Shown here: piece by piece, positions 39,381-48,710 of the stretch
Numbering within the stretch: position 1 is the stretch's first letter
Layout: each line of letters begins with the position of its first letter
Origin: an uncultured bacterium
GTDB lineage: Bacteria > UBA8481
Direction of reading: 5' to 3'
Assembly (NCBI GenBank): GCA_964499705.1
Contig: CAZCME010000004.1
Location: 186,001 to 250,000 of the forward strand
Length of the DNA: 64,000 nt
Notes under the pieces: model-generated
Told to the model about the DNA's origin: nothing
Databases searched by the model: none
The model's input: the letters and a program-made list of their open reading frames with translations, nothing else
Made by a program: the position numbers and the translations under genes

Positions 39381-39444
39381 GATGCTTCATGATGGATGAA
39401 GATGAAGAAATGGGAAATGAGAAAATCGCAGGATGGGCAGGACA

Positions 39445-40119
39445 TCACCTGCCCCTTAGAAAGTCGGCGGCCTCCTCGGAATATTCCCGAAGAAAATAGC
39501 TCATCTCCTCCAGGCTCCTGGACCAGGCATTTTCATCGCCTGTAAACCAGCCGGGACGATCAGGCCGGGCACGCTCCCATTCGCCGAGACGAGTCTGGGC
39601 ATGGGCGAGCGAGGGAGCGCAGAGCGGGATTTCGCGCGGCCACGGCCGGTTCACGCCGGCGCGCTTCAGGGCGGCCAGGTCGAAGATATCCTTGACCTCG
39701 AAACGGGACAGCGCACGCCACTTGAGATCCATGAGCAGTCCCGCGGATGCGATGCGAAGCCCTTCAAATCGGACGACCGCCTTCTTGTCCACATGGGGAT
39801 TCGTGGAAAACTCCATCTTCACTGTTTCGGTTCCGCGCTTGCCGCTCTTAACGTGCGCGACCACCGCTCCGCGGATGGGAAGGGAGAGAGAATATTTCAA
39901 CCCGCTTTTTCCAAGGATGGCTTCCAGCGGGCCTTCGACACGATCGATGGCGGCCAGAGACGGCGAGGCGAAATCCAGGTCCTCGCTGAAGCGATGACCT
40001 AGATAAAATTCAGCCAGCGCCGTACCACCGATGAAAATCAGCGAGGGAAAGTTTCCAGCCACAAGTGCCAGAAGGCGGTCCATGAAGGGCGTCATGATCT
40101 TATGGCGTGACGGTCTCAT
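39445..40119 (-). CDS. AbiEii-like nucleotidyltransferase (putative toxin)
   Basis: GGTALAEFYLGHRFSEDLDF; K...SR..KDIFDL. Confidence 0.88.
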   Translation of the reverse strand: MRPSRHKIMTPFMDRLLALVAGNFPSLIFIGGTALAEFYLGHRFSEDLDFASPSLAAIDRVEGPLEAILGKSGLKYSLSLPIRGAVVAHVKSGKRGTETVKMEFSTNPHVDKKAVVRFEGLRIASAGLLMDLKWRALSRFEVKDIFDLAALKRAGVNRPWPREIPLCAPSLAHAQTRLGEWERARPDRPGWFTGDENAWSRSLEEMSYFLREYSEEAADFLRGR

Positions 40120-40646
40120 GAGATCCGCTGCAGGGCGGCGGTGGACGCGGACCGGCGGGAATCACATCGATCAAGCGATCTTAGATGCCCCGCCAGAAGC
40201 GGCAAAATCGCGTCCCACACGTGACGCGTGCGCGAGAGGTGAGGTCTCAGCAGGGGGTAGAAGCGATGGAGTTCTTCGAAATCCAGATCCCGCCAATAAT
40301 CTTCCATGGGGACACCTTCCAGGATGCGCGCCGCTTCGCAAAATCGATCGGATCCCGAGAGGCGCTCCTGGCGTTCTTTCAGGGTGGATTTTCGATCATC
40401 CCAGCGGCGGTGCTTCGCGAGAACAAGGAAAGGCTCGTCAGGAGCCGAGCTCAGAAGTTTGTCAGGCTCCATGTCGAGGGCTCGCGCATATTCCAGGAGC
40501 CGGTCGAGCCTCCAGATATGCGAAGACGACAGCGACCTCTGGACATCCTCGCGACACCGGCCCGTTCGGCGGGATAATTCCGAAATGCTGATGCGGCGCG
40601 ATTTCAAGGCGGACCTCACCCGCGCCTGGAGTTTCAAGAACGGCAT
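40116..40646 (-). CDS. HTH-domain protein (putative antitoxin)
   Basis: SISELSRRTG..REDVQRSL XRE-like HTH; ATGA coupling to the NTase gene. Confidence 0.7.
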   Translation of the reverse strand: MPFLKLQARVRSALKSRRISISELSRRTGRCREDVQRSLSSSHIWRLDRLLEYARALDMEPDKLLSSAPDEPFLVLAKHRRWDDRKSTLKERQERLSGSDRFCEAARILEGVPMEDYWRDLDFEELHRFYPLLRPHLSRTRHVWDAILPLLAGHLRSLDRCDSRRSASTAALQRIS

Positions 40647-40681
40647 GTAACAATTATGTTACATGTCTGGGTGGCTGTCAA
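40644..40681 (-). promoter_or_regulatory. Leaderless sigma70-type promoter with palindromic operator
   Basis: TTGACA-17 nt-CATAAT-6 nt-ATG; 9-4-9 palindrome CATGTAACA-N4-TGTTACATG at 40644-40665. Confidence 0.75.
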
Positions 40682-40773
40682 GATTCCCTGCATGCGTCCG
40701 TCCGGCTGGAGACCGGTTAGAACGGAATTTAGGAAAGCATGCCCGCCGGAGCGGCCGGTCCGGAGCGTCGCCT

Positions 40774-41130
40774 CTAATTCTTATACGGACTGATGAGCGT
40801 GAGCGTGTACCAGTTGTTTCCCTTGTAGGCGGTAATCTTCAGGGTGTAATTGCCGGTTTCGCCCGAGTCGAACCGGACGAAGTCGAAATCCTCGCTCGTG
40901 CTCGTGCTCTTCACGACGGATTTTCCGTCCGGGTCGATCACTTCGAGGTCGTAGTCCGCGCCGCCGGAGCAGGATGTCGAGGTCAGCATGTAACGGGTGC
41001 TGCCGTCGAGCCGGACGGTGTACTGGTGCGTTTTTGATTCGGGCAGGTAGTCCGTTTCGAAAAAACGGAGCGATGCGGATGCGGCTGTGGAAATGCCGAA
41101 GGCCAGGACCAGGGCGAGCAATCTCTTCAT
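40774..41130 (-). CDS. Small secreted protein, PPC-like beta-sandwich
   Basis: Signal peptide; DYDLEVIDPDG..TGNYTLKITAY. Confidence 0.75.
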   Translation of the reverse strand: MKRLLALVLAFGISTAASASLRFFETDYLPESKTHQYTVRLDGSTRYMLTSTSCSGGADYDLEVIDPDGKSVVKSTSTSEDFDFVRFDSGETGNYTLKITAYKGNNWYTLTLISPYKN

Positions 41131-41226
41131 GGGGAATCTCCTTGGGATCGTGATCGTGCAACAGAATGATCCGTCTCTGGAGTTTATCGACTCACGCCAT
41201 GAAAAGGTGAACGGAAATTCCCGTTC

Positions 41227-41580
41227 CTAGACCCACCGTACCTCGGCGACTTCGGCGGAGTCTCCTCTGCGGAATCCGCTCACCTTGATGACCCTCGTGT
41301 AGCCGCCGCTCCGCGCCGCGTACCGCGGGCCGTAATCCGCGAAGAGCTTCTTCACGACGCCCGGGTTCGGGATCCTCGACGCGATGATCCTGCGGTTCGA
41401 GAGCGTGTCCTTCTTCGCGCGCGTGACGAGCGGCTCGATGAACGGCCGGAGCGCCTTCGCCTTGGCGACAGTAGTGCGGACCTTGCCGTGCGTGATGAGC
41501 CCGATGGCGAGCCCTCGCATGAGGGCGCGCCGCTCGGACTGGGTTCGTCCGAGAGCATTTCCCCTGATCTGGTGGCGCAT
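41227..41580 (-). CDS. rplQ: 50S ribosomal protein L17
   Basis: MRH..LGR, TTVAKAK, RSGGYTR. Confidence 0.97.
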   Translation of the reverse strand: MRHQIRGNALGRTQSERRALMRGLAIGLITHGKVRTTVAKAKALRPFIEPLVTRAKKDTLSNRRIIASRIPNPGVVKKLFADYGPRYAARSGGYTRVIKVSGFRRGDSAEVAEVRWV

Positions 41581-41581
41581 G

Positions 41582-42583
41582 TTACTTCAACTCCCCGCCG
41601 CCGACGAGATGGGCCTTGTCCTTCATCCCGAGAGCCAGTCCGTAATCGACGAGCTTCTCCTTGATCTCCTGCAGCGACTTCTTGCCGAAGTTCCTGTACT
41701 TGAGCATCTCCTGGTCCGTGCGGATGACGAGTTCGCCGAGCGTTTTAAGGTTCGCGGCCTTCAGGCAATTCGAGGAGCGGACTGAAAGTTCGAGCTCGTC
41801 GACGGATGTTGCCAGTAACTTGCGAAGCTTCTCGTCTTCCTTGGAATCCGCGGTCTCTTCGGCGACAGGCGCCTCATCGAAGCCTATGAAGATGCGGAGA
41901 TAATCGCTGAAGATCCTGGAAGCGAATCCGAGCGCATCCTCCGGCGAAACGGAGCCGTCGGTCGTGATGTCGAGAACGAGCTTGTCGTAGTCCGTCCGCT
42001 GGCCGACGCGGGTCGACTCCACGGAATAAGCCACCTTCTTGACGGGAGAAAAGAGCGCGTCGACGGGAATGACGCCGATCTTCATGTCGTCGGTCTTCAG
42101 TTCCTCGGCGATGACGAAACCGCGGCCGACGCGGGCGGAGATCGTCATCGAGAACTTCGCGCCGGGCTGATCGATCGTCGCGATGATGAGATCGGGATTC
42201 AGGATCTCCACGTCATCGGGGCACTGGATCGAGCCGGCCTTCACTTCGGAAGGGCCGGTCGCTTCGAGCTTCAGCGTGCGGGCGCCGCTGCCCTTTATTT
42301 TCAGGCGGACGGCTTTCAGGTTCAGGATGATTTCCGCCACGTCCTCGATGACTCCGGGGACGACCGAGAACTCGTGGTCGACTCCTTCGATTTCCACGGA
42401 CGTAATCGCGGCTCCGGTGATCGATGACAGCAGGATCCGCCGCAGCGAATTCCCAAGCGTGTGGCCGAAGCCCTTTTCCAGGGGCTTGGCGATGAAGCGG
42501 CCATGCGTCGCTGAGAGCGTCGCTTCTTCGACTTCGATCCGTCGCGGCCTCTCCAGTCCTCTTGTTATCAGGCGAACATCCAT
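41582..42583 (-). CDS. rpoA: RNA polymerase alpha subunit
   Basis: PLEKGFGHTLGNSLRRILLSS, LELSVRSSNCLK. Confidence 0.98.
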   Translation of the reverse strand: MDVRLITRGLERPRRIEVEEATLSATHGRFIAKPLEKGFGHTLGNSLRRILLSSITGAAITSVEIEGVDHEFSVVPGVIEDVAEIILNLKAVRLKIKGSGARTLKLEATGPSEVKAGSIQCPDDVEILNPDLIIATIDQPGAKFSMTISARVGRGFVIAEELKTDDMKIGVIPVDALFSPVKKVAYSVESTRVGQRTDYDKLVLDITTDGSVSPEDALGFASRIFSDYLRIFIGFDEAPVAEETADSKEDEKLRKLLATSVDELELSVRSSNCLKAANLKTLGELVIRTDQEMLKYRNFGKKSLQEIKEKLVDYGLALGMKDKAHLVGGGELK

Positions 42584-42694
42584 TGTCTTTCTCCTTACGT
42601 CCGTGACTCTTTATGAGTCTCCAACTCTTCCTGCATCTCCGGTTCCTGCGAACCCGAGCTCTTGCTCTGCGCGGCCTTGCTTTTACAGGGCCGA

Positions 42695-43345
42695 TTACTT
42701 CGAATACAACTCCACGATCAGTTTTTCCTGGAGCGGAATTTCCAGGGCGTCGCGCGTCGGAAGCGAGACGACTTTTCCGGTTCTCTTCTCCATGTCCACG
42801 GAGAGCCATTCCGGCTGGGAACGCTTCTTCGCGTTCTCGACCGAGGCCTTCACGAGATGGAGATCGGGCTTCTTCAAGGTGATCTCGTCGCCGATCTTGA
42901 CCGAAAAGCTCGGGATGTTGACACGGCGGCCGCTGACGCGGACGTGGCCATGCAGCACGAGCTGGCGGGCCGCGGCGCGCGAAGCGGCGAAGCCCATCCT
43001 GTAGATGACGTTGTCGAGCCGACGCTCCAGGATCCGGATGAGATTCTCGCCCGTGACGCCCTTCTGTGTGACGGCCGAACCGAAGTTCTTCCGGAACTGT
43101 CGCTCCAGGATGCCGTAAATGCCGCGGGCTTTCTGCTTCTCCCGCAGCTGCACTCCGTATTCCGAGAGCTTCTTCTTGCCGCCGCCGCCGGTCTTCTGCG
43201 CGGCCTTGGCTCCACCGGCCATGCCGGGCTCGTAGTTTCTCTTTTCGAGCGTGCACTTGGCGGAAAAACACTTCTCTCCCTTCAAGTACAGCTTCATATG
43301 CTCGCGCCGGCATTTCCGGCAGACCGCCTCCGTATATCTTGCCAT
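42695..43345 (-). CDS. rpsD: 30S ribosomal protein S4 (Cys-containing form)
   Basis: MARY..CRKCRRE, QLREKQK, LERRLDNV. Confidence 0.98.
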   Translation of the reverse strand: MARYTEAVCRKCRREHMKLYLKGEKCFSAKCTLEKRNYEPGMAGGAKAAQKTGGGGKKKLSEYGVQLREKQKARGIYGILERQFRKNFGSAVTQKGVTGENLIRILERRLDNVIYRMGFAASRAAARQLVLHGHVRVSGRRVNIPSFSVKIGDEITLKKPDLHLVKASVENAKKRSQPEWLSVDMEKRTGKVVSLPTRDALEIPLQEKLIVELYSK

Positions 43346-43355
43346 CTTACTCTCC

Positions 43356-43736
43356 TTATACCCGTCGCCGCTTGGGTGGGCGGCATCCGTTGTGCGGGAC
43401 GGGGGTGATATCCTTGATCGATGTAATTTCGAGACCGACCGTATTGAGAGCGCGGATCGCGGTCTCCCGGCCGGCGCCCGGGCCCTTCACGAGAACGGCG
43501 ACGCGCTTCAGTCCCATCTCCACGGACGCGGCGGCGGCCTTCTCCGCCGCGACCTGCGCGGCGTAAGGCGTGCCCTTCCGGGAGCCCTTGAAGCCGCAGG
43601 AACCGGCGGAAGCCCACGTGAGCACTTCGCCGGCATCGCCGGTGATCGTCACGATCGTGTTGTTGAACGACGCGTTGATGTGCGCGACGCCGTCGGCGGG
43701 CGCAACCTTCTTCTTTGATTTCGTTGCGGTGGCCAT
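43356..43736 (-). CDS. rpsK: 30S ribosomal protein S11
   Basis: [26 protein letters not shown]. Confidence 0.98.
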   Translation of the reverse strand: MATATKSKKKVAPADGVAHINASFNNTIVTITGDAGEVLTWASAGSCGFKGSRKGTPYAAQVAAEKAAAASVEMGLKRVAVLVKGPGAGRETAIRALNTVGLEITSIKDITPVPHNGCRPPKRRRV

Positions 43737-44104
43737 CAGCTCTTCTTCATCCCGATCTGTTTCCTCGGGCCTTTCCTTGTTCTCGCGTTCGTGTGCGTCC
43801 TCTGGCCCCGGACCGGCAGGCCCTTGCGGTGACGCAATCCGCGGTAGCTTCCGATGTCGATGAGGCGCTTGATGTTCCGTTGCGTCTCGGAACGCAGGTC
43901 GCCTTCCACGCGGTGGCTGCGATCGATCGCCTCGCGGATATTCGCGACATCCGTGTCGGTCAATTCCTTGACCTTCTTCATCGGATCCGCGTTCGCCGCG
44001 GCGCAGATTTCAAGCGCCTTCGACCGGCCGATGCCGTAAATGAGCGGCAGCGCAAACGCCAGCCTTTTTTCCCGGGGCAGATCTACGCCCGCGATTCTCG
44101 CCAT
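43736..44104 (-). CDS. rpsM: 30S ribosomal protein S13
   Basis: [28 protein letters not shown]. Confidence 0.98.
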   Translation of the reverse strand: MARIAGVDLPREKRLAFALPLIYGIGRSKALEICAAANADPMKKVKELTDTDVANIREAIDRSHRVEGDLRSETQRNIKRLIDIGSYRGLRHRKGLPVRGQRTHTNARTRKGPRKQIGMKKS

Positions 44105-44200
44105 GTTTTTGCTACCTCCTTAAGATAAGGATGAAGGATTAAATATGAAGAATGAGGAGAACGATGCCGCTCCGTTATCCTGATGCCTCATACTTTTCCT

Positions 44201-44314
44201 TCAGCCCTGCCGCTGCTTATGACGCGGGTTGGTGCAGATGACCCTGACCACACCGCGACGCCGTACGATCTTGCACTTGTTGCAGATCTTCCTCACTGAT
44301 GCCCTGACCTTCAT
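44201..44314 (-). CDS. rpmJ: 50S ribosomal protein L36
   Basis: Manual translation [37 protein letters not shown]; below the ORF-track cutoff. Confidence 0.97.
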   Translation of the reverse strand: MKVRASVRKICNKCKIVRRRGVVRVICTNPRHKQRQG

Positions 44315-44330
44315 GTCAACCTCACCTTGC

Positions 44331-44549
44331 TCACTTGAACCTGTACACAATCCGGCCGCGTGTCAGGTCGTACTGCGACAGCTCGACCGTCACCTTGTCG
44401 CCGGGAAGGATCCGGATGTAGTTCATCCGCATCTTCCCGGAGATATGCGCCAGGATCTTGTGGCCGTTCTCGAGTTCCACCCGGAACATGGTGTTCGGCA
44501 ACGGTTCAATCACCGTTCCCTCCACCTGGATCGTGTCTTCCTTCGCCAC
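44331..44549 (-). CDS. infA: Translation initiation factor IF-1
   Basis: [28 protein letters not shown]. Confidence 0.98.
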   Translation of the reverse strand: MAKEDTIQVEGTVIEPLPNTMFRVELENGHKILAHISGKMRMNYIRILPGDKVTVELSQYDLTRGRIVYRFK

Positions 44550-44567
44550 AATGTCTCCTCGACTCTC

Positions 44568-45335
44568 CTACAACACTTCATCCGGCAAACCCTCGGACAG
44601 GATCATCGGACCCTCGTCCGTGATGGCGATCGAGTGCTCGAAATGAGCCGACCGCCTGCCGTCCGCGGTCACGACCGTCCATCGATCCTCCAGCACCTTC
44701 GTGGCGCCGACGCCCTCGTTGATCATGGGCTCGATCGCCAGCGTCATTCCCGCCGCGAGCCTCGGGCCCTTGCCGGGCGGCCCGAAGTTCGGGATCTGCG
44801 GGTCCTCGTGCATCTCCCGCCCGACGCCGTGCCCGACATAATCGGTCACGACTCCGTATCCGAGCGGCACGACGTGGGCTTCCACGGCGTGGCTGATGTC
44901 CGACAACCTGCCTCCCACGCGCGCCATCCGAATCGCCTTGTAAAGCGATTCGCGCGTCGCGCGAAGAAGCGCTCTCGCCGCTTCGTCGATCCGTCCGACG
45001 GGATACGTCACCGCCGCGTCGCCGATGAAACCGCGAAACCGCACGCCCACGTCGACCGCGATGATCGACCCTTCTTCCAGGACGCGCCGCGACGGAATCC
45101 CGTGCACGACCTCGTTGTCGATCGAGGCGCAGATCGACGCCGGAAAGCCCTGGTACCCCAGAAACGCGGCCTTCGCGCCCGGATGCAGCGCGATGGTCCT
45201 GGCGGCGATCCGGTCCAGCTCCGCCGTCGTCGTCCCCGGTTTCACCGCCGCCGCGATTTCCAGATGCGCGGCGACGACGATCGCGTTGGCCTGCCGCATG
45301 ACTTCGATCTCGGCGGGCGATTTCAACTCGATCGT
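44568..45335 (-). CDS. map: Methionine aminopeptidase type I (expected start codon reads ACG)
   Basis: NEVVHGIP, GHGVG..HEDP, AIEPM, SAHFEH; N-terminus (T)IELKS. Confidence 0.95.
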   Translation of the reverse strand, partial: TIELKSPAEIEVMRQANAIVVAAHLEIAAAVKPGTTTAELDRIAARTIALHPGAKAAFLGYQGFPASICASIDNEVVHGIPSRRVLEEGSIIAVDVGVRFRGFIGDAAVTYPVGRIDEAARALLRATRESLYKAIRMARVGGRLSDISHAVEAHVVPLGYGVVTDYVGHGVGREMHEDPQIPNFGPPGKGPRLAAGMTLAIEPMINEGVGATKVLEDRWTVVTADGRRSAHFEHSIAITDEGPMILSEGLPDEVL

Positions 45336-46018
45336 TAGTTTGCCCTCCCCGCAGCGGAAGCGCTTGCCACGCTCCGGCCCAGCTTCTCAAGAATCTCGAC
45401 CGTGATCGCCGTGACTTCCTTCGATCCATCCACGGTTGTCAGGAGATTTTTCTCTTCGTAGTACTGATGCAGCGGCCTGGTCTTCGCGGCGTCGACGTCG
45501 AGGCGTCTCGCGATCGATTCTTCCGAATCGTCCGCCCGCAGGACCAGCGCCCCTCCGCACTTGTCGCAACGGCCTTCGGTCCGGGGGGGTTTGAAGACGA
45601 TATTATAGTCGATCCGGCAGATCGCGCAATGCCGTCGGCCCGTCAATCGCCTCATGAGGATGTCCCGCTCCACACGCAGTTCCAGCACGCGCGACAACGG
45701 CATTTCCTCCTTCTCCAGCCACTCATCCAGCGCCGCGGCCTGGGGAACGGTGCGGGGAAAGCCGTCGAGTATGAACCCGGCGGTCCTGCAGTCGTCGCGG
45801 CCCAGCCGGTCGGCCACGATCGCGATGACTATGGAGTCCGGGACGAGCTCGCCGGTCTCCGTGTACTGCTTCACCTTCATCCCGAGCTCCGTCCTGTCCT
45901 TGATGTTCTGACGGAAGATCTCGCCGGTCGATATGTGCGCGACGGAAAGCTCGCGCGCGAGGACCGCGGCCTGCGTCCCCTTGCCCGAGCCGGGCGAGCC
46001 TAGCATAACCAATCTCAC
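45335..46018 (-). CDS. adk: Adenylate kinase (Zn-lid type)
   Basis: GSPGSGKGTQ, DGFPRT, CAIC..CDKC; GTG at 46018 overlaps secY stop. Confidence 0.96.
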   Translation of the reverse strand: MRLVMLGSPGSGKGTQAAVLARELSVAHISTGEIFRQNIKDRTELGMKVKQYTETGELVPDSIVIAIVADRLGRDDCRTAGFILDGFPRTVPQAAALDEWLEKEEMPLSRVLELRVERDILMRRLTGRRHCAICRIDYNIVFKPPRTEGRCDKCGGALVLRADDSEESIARRLDVDAAKTRPLHQYYEEKNLLTTVDGSKEVTAITVEILEKLGRSVASASAAGRAN

Positions 46019-47343
46019 CCGCGCCTCCCCTTGATCTGGCCCTTCTTCAAAAAGCCGTCGTAGTGGCGCGTCAGGAGGAACGATTCCATCTGCTTGATCG
46101 TGTCGAGCTGAACGCCGACGACGATGAGGAGCGCGGTGCCTCCGAAGTAAAAGGGAACGCCGAAGCGGGTGATGAGGATCTGCGGCAGGAGGCAGATGAG
46201 CGCGAGAAAGAGTGCGCCAGCCATCGTAATCCTCATGATGATCCACTCGATGTGCTGCGATGTCGGCTTGCCGGGACGGATCCCGGGAATCGATCCGCCG
46301 TGCTTCTTCAAGTTCTCCGCCAGTTCCTCCGGATTGATGACGATCGCCGTGTAGAAGAAGGTGAAGAAGACGATGCCGAGGACAAAGAGCGTTTCATACA
46401 TGAAGGCGCCGGGCATGAGCCATCCGAAGATGCGTCCCGCGATGGATCCGGGATCGTTGGCGGCTCCGATGAATCCTCCGAGCATCGTCGGGAGCGACAG
46501 GAGCGCCTGGGCGAAGATGACGGGAATGACGCCGGCCGCGTTCACGCGCAACGGCAGAAACTGGCTGGTGCCGCCGTACACTTTTCTTCCCCGGATCTGT
46601 CTCGCATACTGGATGGGAATTTTTCTCTGCCCCAGGGTCATGATGACGGTCGCCGCGGTGGCCGCGACCATGAGCGCGATCAGGACGCCGACAAACGGAA
46701 CCGTGATGTCGCCCTCGGAAATGAGCCTCCACGTCTGCGCGAGGCCGTTCGGCGCGCCGGCGATGATGCCGGCGGAAATGAGAATCGAGATCCCGTTTCC
46801 GATTCCCTGCTCCGTGATCTGCTCGCCGACCCACATGATGAAAGCCGTTCCCGCCGAGAGAGAAAGAACCGTCACGAGAAAAAAGCGCGTCCCGGGATTC
46901 GGGATGACGCCGTATCCTTCCGACTGCTGCATCATGTACCAGGTGAGTCCGGAGCCCTGGAGAGCCGCGAGAGCCACGGTCAGGTAGCGCGTGTATTTCG
47001 TGATCTGCTGACGGCCGGCCTCGCCTTCCTTCGCGAGCTTGCCGAGGGAATCGGGGAAGACGACCGTGAGAAGCTGGAGAATGATGGAGGCGTTGATGTA
47101 GGGCATGATGCCGAGCGCGAAGAGCGAGAACTTCGCGAAGGCTCCGCCGGAGAACATGTCGAGCATGCCGAATACGCCGGTCGCGCCGGCGGCTCCCCAG
47201 AACCGCGCCAGTCCCGCGGGATCGACGCCGGGAACGGGAATATGCGAACCGACGCGATAAATCGCCAACATGACCATCGTGAACCAGAGCCTCTTGCGGA
47301 GGTCAGGGATCTTGAGGAGGTTGGAAAGCGCGTCGGATAACAA
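46015..47343 (-). CDS. secY: Preprotein translocase SecY
   Basis: ALGIMPYINASII, GIGNGIS, IPGIRPG, FGGTALLIVVGV; probable TTG start at 47343. Confidence 0.97.
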   Translation of the reverse strand: MLSDALSNLLKIPDLRKRLWFTMVMLAIYRVGSHIPVPGVDPAGLARFWGAAGATGVFGMLDMFSGGAFAKFSLFALGIMPYINASIILQLLTVVFPDSLGKLAKEGEAGRQQITKYTRYLTVALAALQGSGLTWYMMQQSEGYGVIPNPGTRFFLVTVLSLSAGTAFIMWVGEQITEQGIGNGISILISAGIIAGAPNGLAQTWRLISEGDITVPFVGVLIALMVAATAATVIMTLGQRKIPIQYARQIRGRKVYGGTSQFLPLRVNAAGVIPVIFAQALLSLPTMLGGFIGAANDPGSIAGRIFGWLMPGAFMYETLFVLGIVFFTFFYTAIVINPEELAENLKKHGGSIPGIRPGKPTSQHIEWIIMRITMAGALFLALICLLPQILITRFGVPFYFGGTALLIVVGVQLDTIKQMESFLLTRHYDGFLKKGQIKGRRG

Positions 47344-47347
47344 AGGG

Positions 47348-47821
47348 TCAGCTACGGGCCGGAACGTTGCCGGCGATCTCTTCGACGGTGCCGCCCGCGG
47401 CGAGAATGGCCTTCTTCGCCGCATCGGAAACCGCGTGGATTTTCACTGTCAGTTTCTTGGTGAGTTGCCCTTTGCCCAGGATCTTGACCGGCATCTTTCC
47501 CTTGGAAAGACCGGCGGTCTTCAGCGTCGCGGGATCGATCACCGCGCCGTTCTCGAATTTGTCGAGCTGGCCGAGGTTCACGGGGAGATACTCCACGCGA
47601 AACGGGGAATGAAATCCGCTCTTGGGAGTGCGCCGGATCAGGGGCATCTGGCCGCCTTCGAATCCAACGTTCATGCTCCAACCCGACCGGGCCTTCTGGC
47701 CCTTGTGGCCCTTGGTGGCCGTCTTTCCCATGCCGGACCCGACACCGCGACCGATGCGCCGCTTGCTGAATTTCGATCCGCGCGCCGGCGCGAGATCGGT
47801 GATGGTGAGACGCGGCTTCAT
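47348..47821 (-). CDS. rplO: 50S ribosomal protein L15
   Basis: GRGVGSGMGKT..GHKGQKAR, FEGGQMPL; ATG at 47821. Confidence 0.97.
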   Translation of the reverse strand: MKPRLTITDLAPARGSKFSKRRIGRGVGSGMGKTATKGHKGQKARSGWSMNVGFEGGQMPLIRRTPKSGFHSPFRVEYLPVNLGQLDKFENGAVIDPATLKTAGLSKGKMPVKILGKGQLTKKLTVKIHAVSDAAKKAILAAGGTVEEIAGNVPARS

Positions 47822-48345
47822 CGCGCTCTCACAATGGAGGGACGGAGTTCCTCGATCGACTTGCCCCTCAAGGCCGCGATCTGTTCGATCGTGCGGAGGG
47901 ATGTGAGGCCCGCGAGCGTGGCCTTCGCGATGTTGATCTTCGAATCCGAACCGAGCGACTTGGAGAGAATATTCTGGATGCCCGCGCACTCCGCGACGGC
48001 GCGCACCGTGCCGCCGGCGATGACGCCCGTGCCGTCCGACGCGGGGATCATGAGGACCTTCGCGGCCTTGAATGTTCCCGTGACCTTGTGAGGAATCGTC
48101 GTGCCGCGGCGATTGATGACGATCATCCTCCGCTTGGCGTCGAGAATTCCCTTCTGGATCGCTCCCATCACTTCGTTCGACTTGCCGCAGCCCAGGCCGA
48201 TCTTGCCCTTGCCGTCGCCGATGACGACCATGGCGCGGAAGGAGAATCTCCGACCGCCCTTGACGACCTTCGCGACGCGCGCGATATCGAGCACCTTCTC
48301 GATGAACTCCGGCGCTTCCTTCTTCATTCTCTGAACTCGTGCCAT
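47818..48345 (-). CDS. rpsE: 30S ribosomal protein S5
   Basis: RVAKVVKGGRRFSF, GTGVIAGG. Confidence 0.98.
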   Translation of the reverse strand: MARVQRMKKEAPEFIEKVLDIARVAKVVKGGRRFSFRAMVVIGDGKGKIGLGCGKSNEVMGAIQKGILDAKRRMIVINRRGTTIPHKVTGTFKAAKVLMIPASDGTGVIAGGTVRAVAECAGIQNILSKSLGSDSKINIAKATLAGLTSLRTIEQIAALRGKSIEELRPSIVRAR

Positions 48346-48347
48346 CT

Positions 48348-48710
48348 CTAGAACTCCAGTCCGGCTTCACGAGCCGCGTCCGCGACCGCTTTAACGCGCC
48401 CGTGATATTTTCTCCCGCCCCGATCGAAGATGACGGCCTTGATGCCCTTCGCCTTCGCCGCTTCGGCGATCGCCGAACCGGCCCACTTCGCTTTTTCCGT
48501 CTTCGTCTTCCCCTGAGCCGTCTTCGCCGCCGTCGTCACCGCCGCGATCGTCTTCGACGTCGTGTCATCGACGATCTGCACATGAACATGCTTCAACGTG
48601 CGCGCGACGGAAAGCCGCGGACGATCCGATGTGCCGGATACCTTCTTGCGGATCCGGTGCCGGCGACGGGCGAGCCGGTCGCGCTGGCTGACTCGATCAC
48701 GTACGATCAT
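48348..48710 (-). CDS. rplR: 50S ribosomal protein L18
   Basis: RPRLSV, FDRGG..YHGRVKA. Confidence 0.97.
   Translation of the reverse strand: MIVRDRVSQRDRLARRRHRIRKKVSGTSDRPRLSVARTLKHVHVQIVDDTTSKTIAAVTTAAKTAQGKTKTEKAKWAGSAIAEAAKAKGIKAVIFDRGGRKYHGRVKAVADAAREAGLEF

Noticed and set aside
39381-39444. Purine-rich GATGAA/GAAAT repeats between the toxin gene and alr
   Set aside because: One-sided and highly degenerate; cannot be distinguished from low-complexity sequence.
42584-42694. Long rpsD-rpoA spacer with small hairpins as an ncRNA
   Set aside because: Only short stems; no recognisable RNA family.
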